A DNA stretch of 37,827 nucleotides, from the NCBI GenBank assembly GCA_049967475.1, contig JBMFSQ010000031.1, forward strand, positions 1-37,827. The letters are read 5' to 3'. The stretch is from Chthonomonadales bacterium (GTDB lineage Bacteria > Armatimonadota > Chthonomonadetes > Chthonomonadales > CAJBBX01). Below the pieces are notes generated by a model that searched no databases, was not told the origin of the DNA, and saw only the letters and a program-made list of their open reading frames with translations. A program made the translations under genes and the position numbers. Below are positions 8,001-17,197 of the stretch, piece by piece. Numbering within the stretch: the stretch's first letter is position 1; the number at the start of each line of letters is the position of its first letter.

Positions 8001-10037
8001 TCAATACGGTAAGTAGTTTACAGATTTTGCGATGAGGGCCAAGGCGATGGAGGCCATGGCAATGAGGCCCGTGCCGCACGAAAAGCCCGCAAGCAGAACC
8101 GGAGCATACATGGTCCACCGATCCAGCCCGAAGCGTTTTGCGAAATACCTGCGACCCAACCACGCGCCGAAGAACATGGGCAAGGCATCCTGCGGCCAGG
8201 TGCCCACGATGCCCGAGATAGTGCCGTAGAAGGCTAACTGCGGAAGCCTCAGGAGCGACCATATTCCATAAAGGACCAGGCCCGCCCCACATCCTCCAAG
8301 GATGCGCGGTCCGTTGATGGCGTTCTTCATCCACTGGGCGGCGCCCGTCTGTTTGTTGATGGACTGGAAGGTGGCCTGGAAGGTGGCGATGAGAGGCCAA
8401 AAGCGCTGCGCATACGGATGCTGGGAAGAGGGTATTGCGCTCGTATGCCAGAAGAACGCCCAGAAGATGAAGGAGGAAAGCAGGAATACGGGGAGCACCA
8501 GCAGCTCTACCTTCACGACGCTTACGAACTTGGTTCCGGTGAGCTCAACCTCTCGAAAGCGCTGCGCCAGGGACCCGTAGTCGGCCAGCGGGATCGGCGC
8601 GTACCAGATATCCACATGGGGATAGCCCGTCTTGATTACAGCCACCTCCTTGAGCCATGGGAAGGTAACGCCGGAACCCGTAAGGCCCACCATCTGGGCG
8701 CTCACGAAGGAGTTGAGCGGCGTCCAAATCAGGCCGAAGAAGATGAGCAACCAGAGCGGGAACGTATGGCCATCCTTCGCCAGCAGGAACTCGGTTAGGG
8801 CAATGTAGAAGCAGGTGATAAGGAACCAAACGCCAAGGGGGATCCAGATGGGGATATCGCCGCGGCCCTTCGGTACGTCTGAGAGCATCCCGCGGAAGCG
8901 CATTTTCTGACGGGCGCTCATGAGAGCCTTCACCACCAGACCGATGCCGATGATCCCTACAGCAAACTGGAGGCCTACATCCACCGACATCCAGAACGTC
9001 AGCTCGGTGGCTTGCCTGGTGTAGAAGGCGTCCATTCCCCTTGTCCAGCCGGTGTCCGCCGAGTGGCCGAATGCCCCAAGGTGATAGAGGATGTTGGGCA
9101 TAGGAAACACGCGAGAGAAGAAGGATCCTGCCAGCATCCCGGCAACGATATGGTATGGGAGCACGAAGCCTACGAGGATTTTGCCCACATCGCCCGAGAT
9201 GCCTGTGGTAGCTCCCGGCAAGATGCTTTCGGTGCTGAGAGTAAGATCGAAGAATGGGATCGGGATGAGCGTGAGCGCCTTCCCGAACACCACACCGGTA
9301 AACACGGGGATGGCCACGTAGAAGAAGCCGAATACCAGCCCTGCTACGGTGCCGATGGAGAATACGGACCATCGCCAGGATTCTTCCTTGGTTGCGGCTT
9401 CGGCCAGGGCCGTGGCGCCCGATGCGGCCACAGGGGCCATGGGGAAGGGAAGCCTTTCGATATCCGAGGTGATGCGGAAGAGCGCATACCCCATACTCAT
9501 CCAGTTGAGGCGACCCAAGACCTCGTTGAGCACTAACAGGCCGATGGGCCAGATCCACATGGCATCGAAGAAGGTGCGGTTGATGAGCGCATGGGAGCCT
9601 GCGGGAGGCACAACCCAGTTGGGGATTTCCCTCGCTACAAGAGCGGCCTGGGGCGCCTGGCGGAAGTACTGGTTCCAGATGAGGTACCCGAAGGGCCCTC
9701 CCGAGATCCCACGGTCTGCCAGCAACACGCTGGAGAGCATGGCGGCTACGTAGTAGAGGATGTAGATCTCCTGCCGCTTCATAGGCAGGAAGGATCGGCG
9801 CATCACCTCGGCAAAGAGAACGATCGTTACCCATTCGGCCGCCGGGCCAAGCCCTTGCCCTGCCACGAGGCCAAGGTACAGGGCTCCGGGGAGCATGATG
9901 AAGCCTACGAAGAGGGCGCCGATGATGGACTTCGTCGTGAAGCCATCTTCAAAAACCGGCTCCTTGAGTTCAACACCCTCTTCGGTGGAGGTGCGCTCCA
10001 CACGCTCTCGAACCGCTGCTACTTCGTCAATGGGCAA
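8001..10037 (-). CDS. OPT (oligopeptide transporter)-like polytopic membrane protein, 678 aa
   Basis: Roughly 16 hydrophobic segments. FTTKSIIGALF start, QEIYILY and IERLPFPMAPVAA resemble OPT-family motifs. TTG start after an AAGGGGG SD. Confidence 0.75.
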   Translation of the reverse strand: MPIDEVAAVRERVERTSTEEGVELKEPVFEDGFTTKSIIGALFVGFIMLPGALYLGLVAGQGLGPAAEWVTIVLFAEVMRRSFLPMKRQEIYILYYVAAMLSSVLLADRGISGGPFGYLIWNQYFRQAPQAALVAREIPNWVVPPAGSHALINRTFFDAMWIWPIGLLVLNEVLGRLNWMSMGYALFRITSDIERLPFPMAPVAASGATALAEAATKEESWRWSVFSIGTVAGLVFGFFYVAIPVFTGVVFGKALTLIPIPFFDLTLSTESILPGATTGISGDVGKILVGFVLPYHIVAGMLAGSFFSRVFPMPNILYHLGAFGHSADTGWTRGMDAFYTRQATELTFWMSVDVGLQFAVGIIGIGLVVKALMSARQKMRFRGMLSDVPKGRGDIPIWIPLGVWFLITCFYIALTEFLLAKDGHTFPLWLLIFFGLIWTPLNSFVSAQMVGLTGSGVTFPWLKEVAVIKTGYPHVDIWYAPIPLADYGSLAQRFREVELTGTKFVSVVKVELLVLPVFLLSSFIFWAFFWHTSAIPSSQHPYAQRFWPLIATFQATFQSINKQTGAAQWMKNAINGPRILGGCGAGLVLYGIWSLLRLPQLAFYGTISGIVGTWPQDALPMFFGAWLGRRYFAKRFGLDRWTMYAPVLLAGFSCGTGLIAMASIALALIAKSVNYLPY

Positions 10038-10203
10038 GCGAGTTTCCCCCTTGCGTGCGAGTGTCGTTCATAAACAACCCTGCGCTGCCTTGCGCCCCGC
10101 ATACGGCCGCAACATTCTGGGACCATGCTTGCATCGGCTGCGGAGGGGAACGGGCCCAACGCGCCCCACCCCATCCTCAATGCAGCTCCCACCGCCCCAC
10201 GTG

Positions 10204-13200
10204 TCACCCTGTGGCGGGTGAAGCCTCCGGCTGAGACTGCTTCAGATACCGTTCGCGCTCACCCTGCTTCAGCGTCCGCCAGATAAGGAACTGTTTGCGC
10301 AGGGTGTTCAGGAAGCGGCGGTTCACGCGCTTCCAATTCGATATGTCGCCGCTCTCCCGGTTGATGATCAGCCGGATGTCGTAGACGCCTTCCATGGCGG
10401 CGGGAAGGGTTTCGATGGCCACCTTTTGGCTCACGCCAAGGTCAAAGGGAGCCAGCCACGCCGTGCACCGGATGCGGTATCCCGTAGCAGTCACCGCCGG
10501 AGAAGCCTCTTCCCCGCCGTCTTTGCCTGCTGCAGGCACCTCGAATTCCTCGGTCTCCACACCCTGCGTCACGAAGTCCCCGATGCTGTATTCTTCGTAG
10601 GCGGCGAACCACTCTGCCAAGAACTGGTTGAGGCCCGTGGCCTGCTCACCGGTTACAGCAAAGGGAAGCGGGATCGTCCATTGGTCTCCATCGGGTTCCG
10701 GCACGCGCCAGGTGCGGTCAATAGCCGGCGTAGCTACCTCGGCAGCCTTGCGCGCCGGGTAGAGCGTGGAGAGCAGCACCACGCCTACAACCACAAGGGT
10801 TGTCATCACCGCAGACACAGACGAAAAGTTCAGATAGAGCCCCTGGAAGGCGCCGGTGTATACAAGGATCTTGGTAGTCACCTGCCCAAGCAGATACCCT
10901 GCCACAGAGCCTAGGATGGCGTATACCATGGCCTCGGCGATGAACAGCATCCCGATGTGGGAAGGCGCCAAACCGATGGACGAAAAGATGTGGATCTCCT
11001 TTACCCGCTCGTACACGGAACCGAGCATGGTATTGAGCACGATAAGGGCAGCGATGAGTACCGGGAAGAATACAAGCTCCAGCCCCTTGCTGGAGGTCGT
11101 GGCGATGGACGAGTACCGGTCTATAGTGGCCCGGCTCGTGGGCGTCGCCGTGCGCCCGGCATAGAGGTTCAGGTTCAACCGGTGCATCAGAGGACCCAGA
11201 GCCGAAAGCACGGCCTGAGGGTTCCCAAAATCAATGGCAATGGACCTGAGTTCGGCGCCAAGGTCCACGGCAGTTTGGTACGGGATGAAGAAGACCGTGT
11301 CCGGCTCCAGATGGGTGTATTCGCGGAAGCCCGTCTCGCTTCCAGCGCGGCCCTGGTTGGTGAGCTTCTGCATGAGAATGAAATCTACAGGCGTGAGGAT
11401 CTCATTATCCAGGTCGGTAATCTGCTTGAACTTCTGCGTGTCCAGAATGCCGATGACCGTGTAGTCCACCCCGGCGTAGGACACTGTGGCCTTTCCTACA
11501 TCTTTGGCGTCCACGCGCAGAGCGGCGGCGATAGTGTCCGGCAAAATGACGTCGTAGACATCGCCCCGCTGGAACCATCTTCCTGCAAGCAGCGCTTCCT
11601 GGGGTTTGGTTACCCTAGCCTCCTGAGGGCTCAAGCCTACCAGCGCCTTGGCGTCGAATTGCCGATCTGCCTTTTTGATGGTAAGGAAGGACTGTTCCCC
11701 GAGCTGCGTGCCGAAGAACCATGCGCGAGGCGCTACGGCATTGTGGCGGCCGAACTGATCATCCAGCAGGCGGTAAGCTGGGTCCTGAAGTTGGTCCCAC
11801 ATGGGGCTGCGGATCATGATGCCGTTGTAGCGCGGCGTTCCCGGAGCCGGGACTTGGTTGAAGCGCATGGTCTGCACCACCGACGTGAAGGAGAGCACCG
11901 TAAAGGTGAGCAGGACCAGGGTGATTGTGGTCAGGAGCGTTCTGGCCTTGCGCCGCCGCATGTTGGAGATGCCCAAGTTGAAGGCCGCCAGAGCCACCGA
12001 CACGCGGCCGATATCTGCACGATGGATGCCGGACACCTGGCGGTTCATCTGCTTGAGCTGTTCCTCGAACTTGCCGGTGATGAGGGCGATCACGATGGAG
12101 GAGAGGGCCAGCATCACGAAAGCAAGCAGCACGATCACCGGGTTCATGGTGATGTCAAAGGCCGGGTGGACTTGGCTGAAGATGTAAAAGATGACCACGA
12201 AGATGATGGCGGCGTACCCTAATTGCCTCCTGAGGTCATAGGAACCGAAGAGTAGGCGCTCACCGAAGTAGGCAAAGGGCAACAGCAGGGCCAAATAGAA
12301 CAGCACTCCTTGCACTACGTCTACTGCGGTTCGCTGCACGTCGGGATAGGCGCGGGACTCGTATCCCCACGCATCCCGAGAGGTCCAATAGAAACGCTCC
12401 CAGTCCTTATCTGCCTGGGCCTGCTTGGTACGGGCGATAGACTTGGCCGCAAGATCATGGAGCTGGGAGATGCCTTCGTTGATGATGCGGTACTTTGCCA
12501 GCCGCTTCATACGATAGTCATCCAGCTTCCACATGTCTTCGGCCACGTGGAGGGGCGTATTGTAGATGGCGCCGCTGCGGGCAATCTCAACCTTGGGGTT
12601 GTATGGCTCCAGTGCCACGGGCCCGGTGATATCGGCGTTTTGGGCCTCATTGGGGTTGCCGCCTACCAAGTACCCCTTGCCCTCGGGGTTGTAGTTTGGA
12701 TCGTGCTTCTTGTTGAAGGGGTCGTTGGGATCGTAAACGGGGTTGATGAGGAGCAGCCGCGTAGCACCGGGCCCTACCCCCATCATGATCTTGAGGCGCG
12801 ACCCGGGCTGCGAGAAGATCACCGCTACGTCTTCAACGTAGGAGCCCACCATGGCGGGATCCTGGGGGTCTATGGCATACCCGTACATCCGCGGCTCGCC
12901 ATTGGTGGCGCCATCCAGCACGTCTATTGTGGAGAGAGCGCGTAGAGACTGTTGATCCACCAAATCGTAGATCGCCGTGGGGACGCACCGGAACAAGACG
13001 ATGGGGGCCTCTTTGACCGCGGTGGTCACCATCACGTCCAGGGGGATGAACTTTGCTCCCGTAACGCCGAGATCCGGAGCGTAATCAATCTCGCCCAGAT
13101 GATCGGGCCGCGTGTCCAGATGGTAGGCTGCCACGGTAGTAGGCTTGTTCCACCCGAATGCAGTGAGTGGCGCTATCCCGTGGAACTCGTACATATTGCG

Positions 13201-15156
13201 GTGGTTGGCATCCTTGCCGTCGAACACTGCCTGGATCATGTTGCCCCGCACGCCCATGAAGCTCTTAGTGCGGTTGCGCACCACCACCAACGAATTGCGA
13301 AGGGCGGGGTCCGTATAGGCCATGAAGCTCTTCTTGGGATTGAAGGTAGCCACGCGGCCCTTGAGCGTTGCAAAGCCTCCCTGCAGCGCCATCCGTGACC
13401 ATTTGGATGGATCCGTAATGGGCATGCGCTGTGCGTTGACATCGCCGGGTTCGTTGGTGTCATTGAAGATGTTGTAGAATTCACACGCCAGCAGCTTTGT
13501 CTGAAATGCAAGGTTGGCGATGTTTACGCGGTCCGGAGTGTCCAGCGGCGTGTCTACGAGCGCACGCGCGTCGTCTATGGAGGCGAAGGTCACGCCATTT
13601 CCCTGGGCCATGGTCACCACTTCGGAGTCGAAGGCCGGCTTCCCGGGTATATAGTTGCGCCAGTTCTTGCCGTCTACTGGGTTCACACCGTCGGCGAAGA
13701 CGCGTTTGTTATCGAAGCCGAGGGTGGTGCCGATCTTCTCGGCATTCTCGCGGCATACGCGGGCGATATCCGAGAAGCGCCCTTGGATGTCCTCGCGCAT
13801 GTCGTAGAACCAGCCCTTGTAGAAGATGCCGACGCCGCGCGTTTGACTGGTTAGGTCCAGGCCCGCCCAAAGGTAGATCTGGGGGGGCCGCCGCAGCGGA
13901 TGGTCATGGCTGCTCAGGTAGAAACCTGCATTGAGCCCGATCATTACCAGGCTCAATACCGCCAGTACCCAAGAAAAGGCATCCAGTTTTGCGGCGCCGT
14001 TGCGCCTGCCGCGGAGCGCTCGGGAAGCGAACCAGAGCACGAATACCGCCAGGAGCACGCCGAGCCAAAGAGCCGTCCGAAGAACATTCTCCCGGGCCAT
14101 GGCCGCTTCTGCAAAGGAGGGCGGCGTCCATTCATCCAGGTGCCGGTCCAGATATTCCCTAATTCCCTGGAGTGCGAGGTGGTGGGCGCTTGTGGCAATG
14201 AACCACACCGTACGGGCCGGCGGGTTCTGTTTGTAGATGCGGGCAAGCTCCAATAGAGAGGCGATGCCACAAGCGGACTCCGCCCCAGGCGCCAGGGCGG
14301 GCACTACGGACATGGAGTCGTAATACCCTTCCACAACGATAACCTGATCGCGGAGCTTCGGATCGCTGCCGGGGATGTACCCGAAGATGTTGTGGGCTTT
14401 GTGCGTCTCCCACGGCATATCGCACTTGAGTGTGCATTCAACCTTCTGCCCGCCCGCCGTGGCGGCCAAGAGGGGCGCAACATCGGCGCTGGAGATCCAG
14501 AAGCGAGGAATGGAGATCGGAATGGAGATAAACTTCGCCTCGGCTTCGCCCCGCATCGTCTCCTCGGGAGCAATGAAGATTACGGCTTTTGCTCCCAAAC
14601 GCGGCGCATTGAGCCATTCGGACCGGCTGTTGAAGTTGGCCAGAACGATGCTTCCTTCAACGTCTTGACCGTTGAAATTGGCGAGCTTGGAGTTGCCTAC
14701 GTAGATGAGGGGCGCCGTGAGCCCGCCCTCTGGAAGCTGCGAGGTTCGAACCAGGTCGGGCCAAAGAGGATAGAGGTGATATGAGAGATCGGCTGGCCGT
14801 GCGCCGCTGCCCTGAACATTGTGGATGGTGATGGTAGCGTCACCCTTGTCCACGGGCACCGTTACATCGAATTCTTCCTCGTGGACGTTCTGAAGCCCGA
14901 GCTTGCGGAATTGCTCCAGCACGTATTGCGCAGCCTTCTGATCGCCAGGGTAACCGGCTACCCGGGATTGGAAGCCCGCCAGTGTCTCTATGGTTTGCTG
15001 CAGGTTGGCGGGTTCTACCTGCGACCATAGCCGACGGTAGGCATCCTGCAGTCTGGGGTCTACATCAGCGCGGACCGGCGGCGTCCAGAGGCAAACGAGC
15101 ACGAGCAGCGATGCAAGCAGAAGGTGACCCCGGCCCGGGGCCCGACTAGGCGTCAT
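10204..15156 (-). CDS. Giant FtsX/MacB-type ABC permease with N-terminal signal peptide, PA-like and M28 peptidase-like domains, ~1650 aa
   Basis: Signal peptide; SRVAGYPG, HNIFGYIPG, VIVVEGYYDS and PGAESACGIASLLELAR (M28 fold); NMRRRKARTLLT, GRWF and NTMLGSVYERVKEIHIFSSIGLAP (MacB/FtsX). ATG 15156 has an AAAGGA SD; GTG 15174 is an alternative. Confidence 0.9.
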   Translation of the reverse strand: MTPSRAPGRGHLLLASLLVLVCLWTPPVRADVDPRLQDAYRRLWSQVEPANLQQTIETLAGFQSRVAGYPGDQKAAQYVLEQFRKLGLQNVHEEEFDVTVPVDKGDATITIHNVQGSGARPADLSYHLYPLWPDLVRTSQLPEGGLTAPLIYVGNSKLANFNGQDVEGSIVLANFNSRSEWLNAPRLGAKAVIFIAPEETMRGEAEAKFISIPISIPRFWISSADVAPLLAATAGGQKVECTLKCDMPWETHKAHNIFGYIPGSDPKLRDQVIVVEGYYDSMSVVPALAPGAESACGIASLLELARIYKQNPPARTVWFIATSAHHLALQGIREYLDRHLDEWTPPSFAEAAMARENVLRTALWLGVLLAVFVLWFASRALRGRRNGAAKLDAFSWVLAVLSLVMIGLNAGFYLSSHDHPLRRPPQIYLWAGLDLTSQTRGVGIFYKGWFYDMREDIQGRFSDIARVCRENAEKIGTTLGFDNKRVFADGVNPVDGKNWRNYIPGKPAFDSEVVTMAQGNGVTFASIDDARALVDTPLDTPDRVNIANLAFQTKLLACEFYNIFNDTNEPGDVNAQRMPITDPSKWSRMALQGGFATLKGRVATFNPKKSFMAYTDPALRNSLVVVRNRTKSFMGVRGNMIQAVFDGKDANHRNMYEFHGIAPLTAFGWNKPTTVAAYHLDTRPDHLGEIDYAPDLGVTGAKFIPLDVMVTTAVKEAPIVLFRCVPTAIYDLVDQQSLRALSTIDVLDGATNGEPRMYGYAIDPQDPAMVGSYVEDVAVIFSQPGSRLKIMMGVGPGATRLLLINPVYDPNDPFNKKHDPNYNPEGKGYLVGGNPNEAQNADITGPVALEPYNPKVEIARSGAIYNTPLHVAEDMWKLDDYRMKRLAKYRIINEGISQLHDLAAKSIARTKQAQADKDWERFYWTSRDAWGYESRAYPDVQRTAVDVVQGVLFYLALLLPFAYFGERLLFGSYDLRRQLGYAAIIFVVIFYIFSQVHPAFDITMNPVIVLLAFVMLALSSIVIALITGKFEEQLKQMNRQVSGIHRADIGRVSVALAAFNLGISNMRRRKARTLLTTITLVLLTFTVLSFTSVVQTMRFNQVPAPGTPRYNGIMIRSPMWDQLQDPAYRLLDDQFGRHNAVAPRAWFFGTQLGEQSFLTIKKADRQFDAKALVGLSPQEARVTKPQEALLAGRWFQRGDVYDVILPDTIAAALRVDAKDVGKATVSYAGVDYTVIGILDTQKFKQITDLDNEILTPVDFILMQKLTNQGRAGSETGFREYTHLEPDTVFFIPYQTAVDLGAELRSIAIDFGNPQAVLSALGPLMHRLNLNLYAGRTATPTSRATIDRYSSIATTSSKGLELVFFPVLIAALIVLNTMLGSVYERVKEIHIFSSIGLAPSHIGMLFIAEAMVYAILGSVAGYLLGQVTTKILVYTGAFQGLYLNFSSVSAVMTTLVVVGVVLLSTLYPARKAAEVATPAIDRTWRVPEPDGDQWTIPLPFAVTGEQATGLNQFLAEWFAAYEEYSIGDFVTQGVETEEFEVPAAGKDGGEEASPAVTATGYRIRCTAWLAPFDLGVSQKVAIETLPAAMEGVYDIRLIINRESGDISNWKRVNRRFLNTLRKQFLIWRTLKQGERERYLKQSQPEASPATG

Positions 15157-15235
15157 CCACTCGATCCTTTCCACTCATCCGGAGCGCAGGGCTACTCCAG
15201 GCGGGTGCGCGGCAGAGTCGGGTTGGGATGAATGC

Positions 15236-15264
15236 ATATTATCACAATGCCTCCGGATATGCAA
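15236..15264 (-). promoter_or_regulatory. Candidate sigma70 promoter of the 8-gene operon
   Basis: Minus strand TTGCAT-N17-TAATAT with TG-n extended -10, about 80 nt upstream of ATG 15156, in an AT-richer patch. Confidence 0.5.
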
Positions 15265-15453
15265 GACGTTTTGCCGGGGACATTGGTTCTGGAGGATGCC
15301 GGGCGGCGTCAGGCCGATGCCCCGGGGTTGATCGGGGCTCGAAGCGGGCCCCGCGGGAGGCCGAATGCCATGCAGGCCATGGGCCGCCCGAAAGGAAGGT
15401 ACGGCGCCGGAAGCCCACCCGCCCCGGCAAGGAAGCGATGCGAGAGGGGCCAA

Positions 15454-15491
15454 CAAAAGGACAACGGAGGCTCTCTTGAATGCCTCCGTTG
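15454..15491 (-). terminator. Intrinsic terminator of the tRNA operon
   Basis: Perfect 10-bp stem CAACGGAGGC/GCCTCCGTTG followed on the minus strand by TCCTTTTG, 20 nt after tRNA-Leu. Confidence 0.75.
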
Positions 15492-15510
15492 CGTGGCTCT
15501 GTATGGTACG

Positions 15511-15592
15511 TGCCGAGGACGAGACTTGAACTCGTATGCCTTGCGGCACACGGCCCTCAACCGTGCGCGTCTACCAGTTCCGCCACCTCGGC
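15511..15592 (-). tRNA. tRNA-Leu (GAG)
   Basis: Acceptor GCCGAGG/CCTCGGC+A, D-arm with TGGTAGAC, anticodon arm CACGG-TTGAGGG-CCGTG, long variable arm, GTTCAAGTC T-loop. CCA not encoded. Confidence 0.95.
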
Positions 15593-15598
15593 ATGGGG

Positions 15599-15670
15599 TA
15601 GCGCCACGGAGAATCGAACTCCGGCTTGCGGGATGAAAACCCGCTGTCCTAACCTCTAGACGATGGCGCC
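15599..15670 (-). tRNA. tRNA-Glu (TTC)
   Basis: Acceptor GGCGCCA/TGGCGCT+A, anticodon arm GCGGG-TTTTCAT-CCCGC, GTTCGATTC T-loop. 6 nt upstream of tRNA-Leu; CCA not encoded. Confidence 0.95.
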
Positions 15671-15756
15671 CTGTTGCCGGTATCCGGGTCCGGGCACGCT
15701 CCGCGGAAGGCCGGTTCCGTGTCCTCCGCCAACCGCCGCCCACTCAACCGGGTTGG

Positions 15757-15786
15757 ATTATATCTCCAATCCACCGGCGGTGTCAA
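15757..15786 (-). promoter_or_regulatory. Sigma70 promoter for tRNA-Glu/tRNA-Leu
   Basis: Perfect TTGACA-N18-TATAAT on the minus strand, about 85 nt upstream of tRNA-Glu. Confidence 0.85.
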
Positions 15787-15977
15787 GCGAAATCCGCCTT
15801 CGGGCAGCGTCTCCCGGGGAACCGTCCGCCCCATCCGGCGCACGGTATTGGGGACAGACGTTCCGGCCAAACGCCGCCCAACAGAGCAAACAGCCCGAGC
15901 GGCCATAGGGTAGCATCAACAGTAGGCAATCCCAGCCCAACTCCTGCCGCAAGGCATCGCGAAAGGACGCCACAGCC

Positions 15978-17150
15978 TTGAGAGAACCCGGGTTCGAAAC
16001 CCTTTGCCAACACGCCGGAGAAGACCCTTCCCGGCATCTTGGAGCCGTCGCGCCCCCCATCTATCAATGCTCGCTCTTTGCATCGCCTGATTGCGACACA
16101 TTCGTTCACCGTGCAGAGCGGTACCCCCAAGTCTATGACTACACGCGCGGAGCGAACCCCACCACAGATATTCTCCAGGCCAAAATCGCTTCCCTGGAAC
16201 GGTGCGAGGCAGCACGATGCTTTGCCAGCGGGGACGCCGCCGTAACGGCTGCCATCCTCCATTGTGTGCGCTCCGGCGACCACGTGGTGGCCGTGGACAC
16301 GGTCTACGGCCCTACGCGCGCGATCCTGGGCAATTACCTCACCCGCTTCGGCGTCACCGCCACCTTCGTGCCCGGCATGGAAGCAGACGATTTCATTCGG
16401 GCAATCCAGCCCAATACCCGCCTCATCTTTCTGGAAAGCCCTTCCACCATGGTCTTTCGCCTGCAGGATATCCGGGCGGTTGCGGCCGTGGCGAAGGAAC
16501 AGGGCATCATCACGGCTCTGGACAATTCCTGGTGCTCCCCCTACTTTCAAAACCCGTCCGAGATGGGGGTGGACCTGGTAATCCATTCCGCCACGAAGTA
16601 CCTGGGAGGCCACAGCGATCTGGTCGCTGGGGTGATTGCAGGACCGCGCGCGCATTTGGACGCCATCGCTTCACGGGAGGGATCGCTGTTGGGGTCGGTT
16701 CTGGATCCTTTTGCTGCGTGGCTCATTCTGCGGGGGCTGCGTACCCTCCCCTTGCGCATGGAGCGCCATCAGAGTAATGCACTAGTGGTGGCGCGCTTCC
16801 TGGAGAACCATCCGCGCATCCGCCGCGTGCACTACCCGGGACTGCCTTCCCATCCCCAATACGAACTGGGCCGGCGCCAGATGCGCGGAACCAGCGGCCT
16901 CATGAGTTTTGAACTCAAGGACGGCACGCGCGAAGCGGTCTTCAGCGTGCTAGACCGGCTGCGGTACTTCCGCATCGGGGTGAGCTGGGGCGGGTTTGAA
17001 AGCCTGGCGATTCCCGTTCGCTTCCCGCCCGGCACGCCGGCCCGCGACGCCGATGCGGATCGGGAACGTTGGGGGGCGCGTATCCACGTGGGGCTGGAAA
17101 CGGTGGAAGACCTGCTGGACGATCTGGAACAGGCCCTAGCCGCAGGATAG
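15978..17150 (+). CDS. PLP-dependent Cys/Met metabolism enzyme (cystathionine beta-lyase / gamma-synthase family), 390 aa
   Basis: PPIYQ, YTRGANPT, ESP, DNSW, HSATKYLGGHSD (PLP Lys), SWGGFESL, RIHVGLE. TTG start after AAAGGA. Confidence 0.9.
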   Translation: MREPGFETLCQHAGEDPSRHLGAVAPPIYQCSLFASPDCDTFVHRAERYPQVYDYTRGANPTTDILQAKIASLERCEAARCFASGDAAVTAAILHCVRSGDHVVAVDTVYGPTRAILGNYLTRFGVTATFVPGMEADDFIRAIQPNTRLIFLESPSTMVFRLQDIRAVAAVAKEQGIITALDNSWCSPYFQNPSEMGVDLVIHSATKYLGGHSDLVAGVIAGPRAHLDAIASREGSLLGSVLDPFAAWLILRGLRTLPLRMERHQSNALVVARFLENHPRIRRVHYPGLPSHPQYELGRRQMRGTSGLMSFELKDGTREAVFSVLDRLRYFRIGVSWGGFESLAIPVRFPPGTPARDADADRERWGARIHVGLETVEDLLDDLEQALAAG

Positions 17151-17197
17151 GGAAGGGCGTCCGGCCGGCGCCGGGTGTCGGAACGCGTTCTTGATTA

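Noticed and set aside
10019..10207. 62-aa ORF between the giant permease and the OPT-like gene as a possible RiPP precursor for PqqD
   Set aside because: No SD, no leader/core pattern, overlaps both neighbours, and no modifying enzymes are present. Cannot be fully excluded without conservation data.
10957..13398. Plus-strand ORFs of 421, 211 and 148 aa
   Set aside because: Antisense shadows of the giant permease, rich in His/Arg/Gly as typical of reverse-frame artefacts.
3574..15592. Operon as a genomic island integrated at tRNA-Leu
   Set aside because: No integrase, no duplicated tRNA 3' end seen, no obvious compositional shift, and the tRNA terminator is intact.
15790..15977. Possible SAM riboswitch or T-box upstream of the trans-sulfuration gene
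   Set aside because: No SAM-I core motifs, no T-box sequence and no terminator visible.
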